From positions 1 to 59,048 of the IMG/VR virus record IMGVR_UViG_3300036845_000232: DNA of 59,048 bases. The stretch is one strand, 5' to 3'. Numbering within the stretch: the stretch's first letter is position 1; the number at the start of each line of letters is the position of its first letter. The position numbers and the translations under genes were made by a program. The stretch comes from a virus. Its lineage: Duplodnaviria > Caudoviricetes. The notes beneath the pieces are model-generated. The model did not search any database. It was not told the DNA's origin and was given only the letters and a program-made list of their open reading frames with translations. Shown piece by piece: positions 1 to 7,772 of this stretch.

Positions 1-127
1 TTGCGGCGTCAGCGCTTCAATTCCGTGAGAGCATCGAACGAGTGGCCGTCCAGCAGCTTGTCCATGCCCGCGATCCAGTCCGGGTGATCGCCGATGCACT
101 CGCCGTCGTGCTGGCGCAGGAACATGA
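1..127. repeat. Terminal direct repeat, copy 1 (circular assembly overlap)
   Basis: 1-127 is identical to 58922-59048. It cuts through a gene, and 127 nt is a common assembler k-mer, so this indicates a circular contig. Confidence 0.95.
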
Positions 128-260
128 TCATCCGATAGAGTTCGTTCGAGCGAAGGTGCGCGCGGTCCAGCGCGAACTGCGTCAGTTCGCCGGTGACGGG
201 AGCGTGCGCGGCGTTCTCGTTCCGCGTCTCGTCCTGCTCATCGAAAATTCCGTTGGCCAT
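9..260 (-). CDS. Hypothetical phage protein
   Basis: ATG at 260 with CAGGAG RBS; MANGIFDEQ... Confidence 0.7.
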   Translation of the reverse strand: MANGIFDEQDETRNENAAHAPVTGELTQFALDRAHLRSNELYRMIMFLRQHDGECIGDHPDWIAGMDKLLDGHSFDALTELKR

Positions 261-280
261 TGTGATCTCCTGTGGTGGCG

Positions 281-568
281 TTACGAGACAAATTCGATTG
301 GGTCGAGCGGGTCGAAAGCGCACCGTTCGCCGGTTCCTTCGCACGTAGCGCACTCGATGCCAGGGATAGCGCTCCCCTTGCCGCGACAATCCACGCAGGG
401 CGCCGGATGGTTGGTCAGCAGATCATGTGCTGCCTCCTCGCGCGTGCGACCGTAGCCGATCCGCATGCAGCCAGCGTCATTTGGCTCGTCGCCGTCGTAC
501 CATGCCGACCAATCGAATTGACGCGGCGGGATCGGCTTCATCCAGAACTCGGTTGCGATCTTCGGCAT
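281..568 (-). CDS. Hypothetical protein with DnaJ-like CxxCxGxG zinc finger
   Basis: CVDCRGKG and CATCEGTG motifs; packed in the leftward operon. Confidence 0.7.
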   Translation of the reverse strand: MPKIATEFWMKPIPPRQFDWSAWYDGDEPNDAGCMRIGYGRTREEAAHDLLTNHPAPCVDCRGKGSAIPGIECATCEGTGERCAFDPLDPIEFVS

Positions 569-570
569 CG

Positions 571-759
571 TCAGACCCGCTTTTGACTTGTCGGCGTGAT
601 CGGAATAGCTCCACGCATCCTGACGAGTAGGGCAAGGATGTTGCTTTTCTTCAGGCCGCCCGGCGTCATGGCGTGCGCGCGCTCGACGTGGGGCTGCGCT
701 TCAAGGATCATATCCTGAAGTCGGGCGATTTCGGCTCTGGCTTCGTCCAATTCGGACAC
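571..759 (-). CDS. Hypothetical protein
   Basis: 62 aa ORF, AGGAG RBS, tiles between its neighbours. Confidence 0.6.
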   Translation of the reverse strand: MSELDEARAEIARLQDMILEAQPHVERAHAMTPGGLKKSNILALLVRMRGAIPITPTSQKRV

Positions 760-785
760 GGCTCAAGTCTCCTGTGGTAGCAACA

Positions 786-1229
786 TTAAACTCCAAGCAC
801 TTCATCCCATCGCGCCTCGCCGAGCGTCAGATAGTTACGGAGGGCCGCGGCGGCTTGGGAAGGAAGGATCGCCTCCCATGCCTCGGTCTCGATAACGTTT
901 GGGCAGAACAGGTCGATGAGATCGCCGGGCAGATCGCCGAAACGCAGATCGCCGGCCGGCGCAAAATCAGTTCCACAGAACAAGTCGGCGGTCCCGGCAA
1001 TACACGCCGCCGTCTGACAATCGGCGACGGTATAGATATTTCCCATGTTGAATGCGCCGGTAAAACCGACAGGCGGCTTTCTATTCTCATTGTAGAAACA
1101 GTCGGTGTCGCAGACACGAACGTGTGTGACTTCCTCGCGCTCCAAGAGGCCGAGAACCTGGATAAGGCCCTCAAGCTGCTTGTCGGTTATGTCGAGGTCG
1201 GCGGCGCTCTTGAAGTTTTGTGCGAGCAT
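786..1229 (-). CDS. Hypothetical phage protein
   Basis: MLAQNFKSAADL... with CAGGAG RBS; C-T-A-A-C-I-A-G motif seen in phage hypotheticals. Confidence 0.7.
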   Translation of the reverse strand: MLAQNFKSAADLDITDKQLEGLIQVLGLLEREEVTHVRVCDTDCFYNENRKPPVGFTGAFNMGNIYTVADCQTAACIAGTADLFCGTDFAPAGDLRFGDLPGDLIDLFCPNVIETEAWEAILPSQAAAALRNYLTLGEARWDEVLGV

Positions 1230-1257
1230 TTTAGGTCTCCTGATTGGTGATCGGACG

Positions 1258-1500
1258 TTACCGTTCCTCGTCGTCGATCGCGGCATCGCCGATCATCTTT
1301 CCGTTGGAAAGATCGACCACCGCGCCACTGTCGAGCCTGACGCCCATCGCCACGTCGCCGAGGCGATAGTTATTGTTGTTGCCACGCAGATGGTAGTAGG
1401 TGTCGCCGACGACGCGCACCACGAACCACTGGTTCGGCTCGGTCTGCCCCCAGTATTTGCTGCTGCGCTTGATGCGAGCGACGAGCTGCTGTCCGCTCAT
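1258..1500 (-). CDS. Hypothetical protein
   Basis: MSGQQLVARIKRSSKYWGQT...; protein-like C-terminal part of ORF 1258-1824. Confidence 0.6.
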   Translation of the reverse strand: MSGQQLVARIKRSSKYWGQTEPNQWFVVRVVGDTYYHLRGNNNNYRLGDVAMGVRLDSGAVVDLSNGKMIGDAAIDDEER

Positions 1501-1693
1501 TGCCGTGCTCCGATCTGACGTTATCAGCCGACGTTGCCGTGGCCGTTGGTGATCTTCTCGACCGGCACGCCCTTCGCGTCGGCGACGGAGCGCAGGCGCC
1601 GTGCGTGCTGCTCGGGCGTGGCCGCAGCCTCGCGCTTCGCTAGCTTGTCGCCCTCGGTGCCGACGCGCGGCTGGCCGTCTTTGCGGGTCATGC

Positions 1694-1918
1694 TCATTTG
1701 CGCTTCCTCCTGTAGGTCGGCTCTGCCGGGACTTCCTCAAGCCCGATGGCGTCGAGGATCGCGGGGCCGGGCTTCTGCTTTCCACGCTGAACCCGGCTGA
1801 CATAGGTCGGGTCCAGGTCGCCATACAGGGCGCCGAAGGCTCTTGCGCCGCCGGCCGCCGCGACCCTCCGGGATAGGAGGGCGCGCATCTCGTCGGCGGT
1901 CATAGGGCTTCCTTTCAT
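1694..1918 (-). CDS. Small Cro/XRE-like HTH DNA-binding protein
   Basis: GGARAFGALYGDLDPTYVSRVQRGKQKPGPAILDAIGL; start overlaps the MTase stop. Confidence 0.65.
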   Translation of the reverse strand: MKGSPMTADEMRALLSRRVAAAGGARAFGALYGDLDPTYVSRVQRGKQKPGPAILDAIGLEEVPAEPTYRRKRK

Positions 1919-2613
1919 GGCATGTACGCCGTCATGATTGCCCGCCCGATGACTGTGGCCATTGCCGGAGGGTTGGCATCTCCAATTGCCTCGACGGCAG
2001 CATTTCGGTCCAACCAACCGGAAATCCCATTAGCCACTCGCAAACCTCGGGGTGGACCCGCATACCAAGGGTTTCCGGCAGCGGCTGCCCGCGCGACTCG
2101 GTCAATCTCTTGTGGGACGGCTTGCCAGGAGACCGATAGTCTCGCGAGACAGGGGTGGGCAAGAAGGAACACTCGCCGGCGGATATGAGGCGCACCAAGA
2201 TCGCAAGCCGCGAACTCAGCTCGGGCGCAGTGGAAGCCAGCTTGCGCCAAATCTCGCGTGACTTCGGCTTCCCACGCCGCATTTCCCGGCGGCTGCTCCA
2301 CGACAAACCATTTTGCTCGGGAGTTGAGCCCGATGCGGAGCATGTCGGGCCACAGGCTATCCCCGGTTCGCCGTCCATGGATCGCAGCACTAACGCTCGT
2401 GCGCTGGCAGGGAGGACCACCAAAGACGATATCGCACTCAGCGCGCTCAAAAGTGCGGACGTCGTCATGCAGGGGGATGCCGGGATAGTAGTGCGCGATG
2501 AGCCGCTGGCGTTGCGGCTTGATCTCGACGAACTGGACGGTTCGGAATCCGCCAGCGGCGTCGAGTCCGAGCGCATGGCCGCCGATGTTGCTGAAGAGGT
2601 CAAGGACTTTCAT
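1915..2613 (-). CDS. DNA (cytosine-5) methyltransferase, large (alpha) polypeptide
   Basis: Motif I LDLFSNIGG, motif IV GGPPCQ, motif VI VVEQP, motif VIII PHIRRRVF and motif X AIGDAN are present; motif IX is not in this frame. Confidence 0.85.
   Translation of the reverse strand: MKVLDLFSNIGGHALGLDAAGGFRTVQFVEIKPQRQRLIAHYYPGIPLHDDVRTFERAECDIVFGGPPCQRTSVSAAIHGRRTGDSLWPDMLRIGLNSRAKWFVVEQPPGNAAWEAEVTRDLAQAGFHCARAEFAACDLGAPHIRRRVFLLAHPCLARLSVSWQAVPQEIDRVARAAAAGNPWYAGPPRGLRVANGISGWLDRNAAVEAIGDANPPAMATVIGRAIMTAYMP
1932..2282 (-). CDS. Putative beta polypeptide of the C5 MTase in an overlapping frame (carries motif IX)
   Basis: Alternative frame encodes FLPTPVSRDY...HPEVCEWLMGFPVGWT; start codon uncertain. 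Confidence 0.65.
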   Translation of the reverse strand: MRRGKPKSREIWRKLASTAPELSSRLAILVRLISAGECSFLPTPVSRDYRSPGKPSHKRLTESRGQPLPETLGMRVHPEVCEWLMGFPVGWTEMLPSRQLEMPTLRQWPQSSGGQS

Positions 2614-2777
2614 CCCACCTTCACCGGGCGACCCTGCGCCTTGGCGCGGGCCACAAACTCATCCCGAGCCTCGACGGTCGCGAAGTAGCCTTCCCATCCC
2701 GTATCGGTCAGAGTGACCTTGAGCCCGGACTTTGCCCGCCTGGCCTTCACCGCATCAATCAGTTCCGTGCCGATCAT
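2610..2777 (-). CDS. Small hypothetical protein (55 aa)
   Basis: MIGTELIDAVKARRAKSG...; AGGAGA RBS; its stop overlaps the MTase ATG. Confidence 0.6.
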   Translation of the reverse strand: MIGTELIDAVKARRAKSGLKVTLTDTGWEGYFATVEARDEFVARAKAQGRPVKVG

Positions 2778-2806
2778 TACCCCGTCTCCTAGTCTGGCAT
2801 CCTCTA

Positions 2807-2827
2807 TGTAGACAAAATTAGTCTACA
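2807..2827. promoter_or_regulatory. Palindromic operator upstream of the small gene-MTase-HTH unit
   Basis: Perfect inverted repeat TGTAGAC-N7-GTCTACA in an AT-rich gap. Confidence 0.65.
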
Positions 2828-2853
2828 CGTCCAATCACGAAATATTTCATCCA

Positions 2854-3207
2854 CTAAGGGGTTTTTCCGCTATGCGGAACGCCCTCGGGCTGCGGTGACG
2901 CGCCACGACCGCGGGCTTTCTCGATCGCCTGTCGGCGCATGACGCGGGCGTCGTCGTAGAACGGGAAGCAGGTTTCGCACAGCTCCGGGATTTCGTTGCC
3001 CTCGCACTCCTCGCAACTGAGGTGCAGCAGCTCGGCCATCTCCTGCCGCAGGGCGGCCTCGAATAGGTCAGGGGCGGCGGCGATCACGTCAGCATCGGCG
3101 CTATTGGCGATGTTGACGGCGACGCTCCCCGGCCTGCCGGCGGGCAGCACGTCGAAAACGCTCTCGCCAACAAAGACGATCCACGGCGGCGGCGTGTAGT
3201 CGGTCAT
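2854..3207 (-). CDS. Hypothetical phage protein
   Basis: TPPPW...ADADVIAAAPDL motif typical of phage early genes; two CxxC motifs. Confidence 0.7.
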   Translation of the reverse strand: MTDYTPPPWIVFVGESVFDVLPAGRPGSVAVNIANSADADVIAAAPDLFEAALRQEMAELLHLSCEECEGNEIPELCETCFPFYDDARVMRRQAIEKARGRGASPQPEGVPHSGKTP

Positions 3208-3231
3208 TTGCTTCCTCCCTGTAACGATCCA

Positions 3232-3600
3232 TTATCGGCCGTGCACTCGCGCGACCTCTTCCTCGCATTCGGCGTTGTGCTTTCGCGCCTGGTCGGCGGC
3301 CCACAGTCGCGCCTTGTGCTTCTCGACTACCTTCGCAAGCTTTTCCTGCACGCGCATATCGAGCTTGTCGCCCTCGATCCCGAAACACTTGGCGAGCAAT
3401 TCGAGATAGACGCGGATGTCGGCGATCTCGTCCTTGATCTCCTCCGAAAGATCGGCGCCGTCCCGCCAGCGCTTCTTGATCATGTTGGCGAGCTCGCCGG
3501 CCTCGCCACAGAGGGCGAGCGCGAGAAACCGTTCATCCGAATTGGAGTAGGCCGGGAAAAGATGGCCGGTCATGCGCTCATGCAGATCGTAGAGGTTCAT
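3232..3600 (-). CDS. MazG-like NTP pyrophosphohydrolase
   Basis: LALALCGEAGELANMIKK...EIKDEIADI fits the ExxE...ExxD signature. Confidence 0.85.
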   Translation of the reverse strand: MNLYDLHERMTGHLFPAYSNSDERFLALALCGEAGELANMIKKRWRDGADLSEEIKDEIADIRVYLELLAKCFGIEGDKLDMRVQEKLAKVVEKHKARLWAADQARKHNAECEEEVARVHGR

Positions 3601-3800
3601 CGGTTGCTCTCCTGTAACGAGTTCTTTCTGCGGGACTTCGCCGCTCGCGCTCGTTCCGTCCAGGAGTGGTCACATCCCTCGACACCGTTGCAGATCGGAC
3701 AGGGAAGATACTTCGGGAGCTTTTGGTAGTCGACAAACAGCCCGGTCTCCGGGTGCTGAAACCACGGGCCATGAAGCTCCAGAATCTCACGCTCACTCAT
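3597..3800 (-). CDS. Hypothetical protein
   Basis: 67 aa, 4-nt overlap with the mazG start, CPIC..CDH motif. Confidence 0.6.
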   Translation of the reverse strand: MSEREILELHGPWFQHPETGLFVDYQKLPKYLPCPICNGVEGCDHSWTERARAAKSRRKNSLQESNR

Positions 3801-3824
3801 TGTCTGTTCTCCCTGTGACGGGTC

Positions 3825-4016
3825 TCATTGCGCGGAAAGCGTGCCTGTCTCGTAAAGCTCGCGTTGGTCCATCGAATGATGGACGACCACGCCGTCATCG
3901 TCTGTCGGGTCACACCAGCATTCCGCCCATCCGTGGGGCTTCAAATCATCGATCGGCCTGACGTGCGTTACGCCGTCATCGGCAAAGGTGCATTCCCATC
4001 CCTGTTCCGATCTCAT
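3825..4016 (-). CDS. Small His/Cys phage protein
   Basis: HVRPIDDLKPH...CWCDP...VVVHHSMD. Confidence 0.65.
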   Translation of the reverse strand: MRSEQGWECTFADDGVTHVRPIDDLKPHGWAECWCDPTDDDGVVVHHSMDQRELYETGTLSAQ

Positions 4017-4264
4017 TTGAAATCCCGCAGCGCCACCTGAATGCCTGCGATGAGGCGGCTCTTGGCCATTGCTGCGTCGGTCTGAATGTCCTGGCAAAAC
4101 CGATCGTACAGGCCGCCGGCTATTTGAAGCGCGCGTGCATCCGGGTCCCACGGGATGCTGAGGGTTTTCCCGCAGCACCACCTGCTTCCGTCAGGTTCTT
4201 GCCACATGCCCATACATTTGCATGGGGGTTCGGAGAACTTCACGTATCCATCGGGCGCTGGCAT
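4013..4264 (-). CDS. Hypothetical protein
   Basis: 83 aa, coupled to the downstream gene. Confidence 0.55.
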   Translation of the reverse strand: MPAPDGYVKFSEPPCKCMGMWQEPDGSRWCCGKTLSIPWDPDARALQIAGGLYDRFCQDIQTDAAMAKSRLIAGIQVALRDFK

Positions 4265-4325
4265 TTGTCGCTTTCCTTCGGTAACGGGTCTTGACTGGAC
4301 GGCGGCATTTGCGCCGCCGAGCCGA

Positions 4326-4571
4326 TCACGACGTGAGTTCCTTCACGATCCACATCACGGACTGTTCGAGCGACGTCATGGCGAGCGCGTTGTAGCGGCC
4401 CGGCTTGACCTGAGCGAACAGCTCCTCCATCTCCACGGCCTTGCTCTTGAGCGCGTCATGCAGCGCCTTTTCGTCGTCCGTCAGTGCGCGGTAGCGCGGC
4501 CGGAACCGACTGACCGGAATCGCCGTGTCCGCCTGCCGGGCGTCGGGCTTGCCTTCGAATACGTGCGTCAT
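4326..4571 (-). CDS. Acb2-like cyclic-nucleotide sponge (putative anti-CBASS protein)
   Basis: YRALTDDEKALHDALK...GRYNALAMTSLEQSVMWIVK resembles the Acb2 YRxLxxEE...GRWxAIxxTxxQxxxM pattern. Confidence 0.7.
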   Translation of the reverse strand: MTHVFEGKPDARQADTAIPVSRFRPRYRALTDDEKALHDALKSKAVEMEELFAQVKPGRYNALAMTSLEQSVMWIVKELTS

Positions 4572-4682
4572 TTCTTCTGCTCCATTCGTCTGCTTGATAA
4601 GCTGCTTCCTCACGCGGTACGCCCTTGTGCAGCCAACGCCAAAAGACCTCGTCATAGGTTTTGGGTTTTCTGCGAATATCTG

Positions 4683-5075
4683 TCATCGCCGCGGCACTTC
4701 GATCATGATGGTTTTATCCTTGAGGTGATCCGGGATGCCGTCGGTTGGCAGCATTGCGGTGAGGCCGCCGCCCTTGCGGATCACGACCGTCTTGCCGATC
4801 TCGGCCTCGATCGCTGCGAGCTTGTCGAGATAGTTCTCCTTAGTCACGCCCTCGATGTTCGTCGGCATGCCGGGGCACTGCGCCGCGATCGTCTTCTGCA
4901 TCTCGCTCCAGAGACCCTTGTCGGCGAAGTGGTGTGTCCAGATCGGGTGACCCATCAGGTATTCGGCCGCCTCGTGCATCTTGGAGAAGTCGCAGAGCAG
5001 CGTGCCGCTCGACAGCGACGCGATTACCGCGGTCGGAAATTCTCTCGTCTCGACGGCCGAACTTACCTTTTCCAT
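4683..5075 (-). CDS. Conserved hypothetical phage protein
   Basis: SLSSGTLLCDFSKMHEAAEYLMGHPIWTH. Confidence 0.7.
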   Translation of the reverse strand: MEKVSSAVETREFPTAVIASLSSGTLLCDFSKMHEAAEYLMGHPIWTHHFADKGLWSEMQKTIAAQCPGMPTNIEGVTKENYLDKLAAIEAEIGKTVVIRKGGGLTAMLPTDGIPDHLKDKTIMIEVPRR

Positions 5076-5110
5076 GTTATTCCCCTGTTTTGATTGATTA
5101 TTTACGATCT

Positions 5111-6094
5111 CTAGACAGATTTCAGAAAGCCGACGCCACGGCGCTGGCCGCCCGATCCATCCGATTCCAGTTTGGCTTGGCGCATGCCGTCCAGGCGGGT
5201 GAAAACGGCATCCTCGTCCTGGTCGAAGCACTTGATGGCGATGATCACTTCGCGAAGGTGCGCGATGCTGTAGCCGTCTGTTCGGTTGACCCAGCGTTCC
5301 AGCGCATCGCGGTCGAGTGCTGATTCTTTGGCGCGGAAGTAGACCCGGCGAGCATCGGCAGACGGCATCCCGACGTGCATGATGGTATCGAAGCGAGACG
5401 GGCGATCGACAAAGCGCCGGTCGAGATATTCGGGATAGTTGGTCGTCGCCACATGGACGACGTTCGAGATTTGTGTCTCACCATCCAGCAGCGCGAGATA
5501 GCCGTGGTCTCCGTATTGCTGCACTAGGGCGTCCAAGTCCTCCATGATCGTGATCATGGGGCGCTCGGGCTCGATGCGGCGCAGCAGCCCGATGCACATC
5601 GTCGCGAGGTGAGGGTGCTCAACGAAGATGACGACGCCGCGGTGCAGCCTCACCAACTCCTGCGTCATCTGCCAAATGGCGCTCGTCTTGCCGCTTCCGG
5701 GCGGCCCCCACATCAAAAGGCCACGTTTGAAGGTGAAGCCGCGTTCCGAAAAGTTCTTGCGCAGCGTCCAGAATTTCTTGAATTCGGCGAGAAGCTTTTC
5801 GACAGCGCCATCAGGAAGCGCCAATAGGCTGTCGATCTGGATGGGCATCTTTTCGAGGAACGGACCGCGGTTTGAATCGCGACACCGGTACGCGCCGGGC
5901 GGCAACTCGTTCACTACCTCCGAAACAGGGAAATAGGCGTCGCCGCTCTGCGCCCAGCACCGTGCGCTGGCGGCGATCCGTGCCCAATCGCTATCGGGGG
6001 GCGACGGCTGGGCCGCCGTCTCGCCCACCGATCGAGGATAGGCACCGCCTTGAGCGACGCGAGTCCCAACGATCTCTGTAAAATTGTCAGTCAT
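5111..6094 (-). CDS. AAA+ ATPase
   Basis: Walker A GPPGSGKT, Walker B IMEDLD, SRH TTNYPEYLDRRFVDRPSRFD. Confidence 0.9.
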   Translation of the reverse strand: MTDNFTEIVGTRVAQGGAYPRSVGETAAQPSPPDSDWARIAASARCWAQSGDAYFPVSEVVNELPPGAYRCRDSNRGPFLEKMPIQIDSLLALPDGAVEKLLAEFKKFWTLRKNFSERGFTFKRGLLMWGPPGSGKTSAIWQMTQELVRLHRGVVIFVEHPHLATMCIGLLRRIEPERPMITIMEDLDALVQQYGDHGYLALLDGETQISNVVHVATTNYPEYLDRRFVDRPSRFDTIMHVGMPSADARRVYFRAKESALDRDALERWVNRTDGYSIAHLREVIIAIKCFDQDEDAVFTRLDGMRQAKLESDGSGGQRRGVGFLKSV

Positions 6095-6120
6095 TCTAGG
6101 TAACCCTTTCTTCTGATTGC

Positions 6121-6816
6121 TTATTCCGAGACAGCGGACAAATGTTGAAGCGCGGCGCGCCCGATGAATTCGCCGTAGGCCGGCGGGATTGCTTGCGAGA
6201 GAGCCGCCATCGGCATCCAGTCGATCCCCATCGCCGCTCGAGCGGCGTCAACCGAGAACGTCTGCCGGTCGCGGTTGCGCACGACGTTTTGCTGCGGCGT
6301 GTTGCCGGTGATCGTGATGGTGCGGCGCCGATCGCGGGCGTGCTCGCCGTAAATGCTCACGGTTGCTTTGCCATGCCGGCAGGTCGGGGCCAGGATGATG
6401 AAGCTGGTTTCAAAGTAACGATGGCGCCGGAGCTCGGCACCGCATGGTGTCCGCAGGTCGAACATCGTCCCGCAGAGCCGCAGTGTCGATTTGAGAGGCG
6501 AGCCCGGCACGTTCTCGATCGCGTAGGGAACGCCGCTGGCGCGCAGCAGCTCGCGGGTTTGCGGGATCAGGTCGGCGTGCGGCTTCGCGTTCCACATCTT
6601 TCGCAAGGCCGTGTGGGCCTGACATGGCGGGCTCGCCCAGATGAAATCGAACTGCCGAAGATCGAACGGCGGCCGCAGCGCGTCGGCCTGGACGAACCGG
6701 AACGGATATCGGGGCTGCGGCCGGATATCGACGCCGATCACGTCGAAGCCCGCACGGTGCAGCCCCATCGAGGCGCCGCCGGCGCAACAGAAAAGATCAA
6801 GTGCGAGCGGCTTCAT
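6121..6816 (-). CDS. Second DNA cytosine methyltransferase (short phage type)
   Basis: LDLFCCAGG, ASPPCQ, IENV, RHRYFE, C-terminal SQAIPPAY. Confidence 0.85.
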   Translation of the reverse strand: MKPLALDLFCCAGGASMGLHRAGFDVIGVDIRPQPRYPFRFVQADALRPPFDLRQFDFIWASPPCQAHTALRKMWNAKPHADLIPQTRELLRASGVPYAIENVPGSPLKSTLRLCGTMFDLRTPCGAELRRHRYFETSFIILAPTCRHGKATVSIYGEHARDRRRTITITGNTPQQNVVRNRDRQTFSVDAARAAMGIDWMPMAALSQAIPPAYGEFIGRAALQHLSAVSE

Positions 6817-6866
6817 TGAAATGAATCCCTAAGCCCTTGTTTGGAGTGACGTTTCATTTTCGCGGA

Positions 6867-6992
6867 TCATTTGCATCGCGCGCTTTGTTCGAGCGAGCAG
6901 TGAGGCGACTGCCAGATCACGTAAGCCGCGTTGATGGTGGTGTAGGTCGCGAGCGCGACGAGCAGAGCGGCGAAGAGGCGGGAGAGGATCAT
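6867..6992 (-). CDS. Small membrane protein
   Basis: MILSRLFAALLVALATYTTINAAYVIW; start overlaps the upstream stop. Confidence 0.5.
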   Translation of the reverse strand: MILSRLFAALLVALATYTTINAAYVIWQSPHCSLEQSARCK

Positions 6993-7387
6993 GCGGCCGC
7001 TCCGTAGTAGCGCGAGCGCGGCTCGTTGCCGTCCTGGTCGTTGTCCCATGCGTTGAGGACGGCCGTCGCCGTGTCGGACGGCAGAAACTCGAGCAGCGCG
7101 TCGGTGGCGAGGCCGTCGCCGTTCCACATGAGGTCATAGGCGCGCTGCGCCATCGCTTCGCGCAGGCGGTCGGCGGCGTCGCAGCTCGGGAGCATGTTGA
7201 ACAGCGTGCGCTGGCGATCGATCCGGCGTTCCTCCACGGCGTCGTGGGTGCGGCCATCCGCCTGGCGCGCCTCCAGCTCCTGCGCCTGCTGGCGCAACGT
7301 CTCGACGAGCTTCGCCGGCGCGCTGGTTTCCTCCAGGCGCATCGCCCAGACCCGCAGCATGTGGATCTGGCTGCGGTTGCGCGTCAC
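6989..7387 (-). CDS. Hypothetical protein
   Basis: 132 aa helical ORF. Confidence 0.65.
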   Translation of the reverse strand: MTRNRSQIHMLRVWAMRLEETSAPAKLVETLRQQAQELEARQADGRTHDAVEERRIDRQRTLFNMLPSCDAADRLREAMAQRAYDLMWNGDGLATDALLEFLPSDTATAVLNAWDNDQDGNEPRSRYYGAAA

Positions 7388-7634
7388 CGCCCGCCCCCAT
7401 GCGCCACCCGTAACCGCTCCAGGAGCTTGTCATTCCCGACGGTGATCCCGCCTGCTTCTGACGCGCAGCCAGGATCGTCCTCGGGGAGGGTGGTGAGGTG
7501 GGCGGATCGGCTGTGCCGGCGAGCGCGAACGGGCGCGGAACGCGCCGAGTGGTCGCCGATGCCAGCTATGTCCGTTTTTGTGTCCGTCGCGGACGTATTT
7601 CGCTGCCGAATCGGTCTATCGGCAGCAGCGCCGG

Positions 7635-7663
7635 TTGACGGCGCGCCGTTGAATTCGTACGGC
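7635..7663 (+). promoter_or_regulatory. Sigma70-type promoter for the tRNA-Ser 5' half
   Basis: TTGACG-17 bp-TACGGC ending 10 nt before the tRNA 5' end. Confidence 0.6.
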
Positions 7664-7673
7664 TTTTCCTGCC

Positions 7674-7716
7674 GGAGAGGTGGCCGAGTGGCTGAAGGCG
7701 GCGGTTTGCTAAACCG
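7674..7716 (+). tRNA. 5' half of tRNA-Ser(GCT), truncated after the anticodon stem (attP core)
   Basis: GGAGAGGTGGCCGAGTGGCTGAAGGCG-GCGGT-TTGCTAA-ACCG gives acceptor 5' strand, D arm and anticodon GCT at 7708-7710; no T arm or 3' end follows. Confidence 0.85.
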
Positions 7717-7772
7717 ACGCTGTTCTCCCGAGGAAATCATCACTTTCTCTAGCCCCCACAACATGTTGTGAC

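Noticed and set aside
1-127. Biological terminal repeat
   Set aside because: It cuts a gene and equals a common k-mer length, so it is best explained as assembly overlap
7674-7716. Complete phage tRNA gene
   Set aside because: No variable arm, T arm or acceptor 3' strand follows
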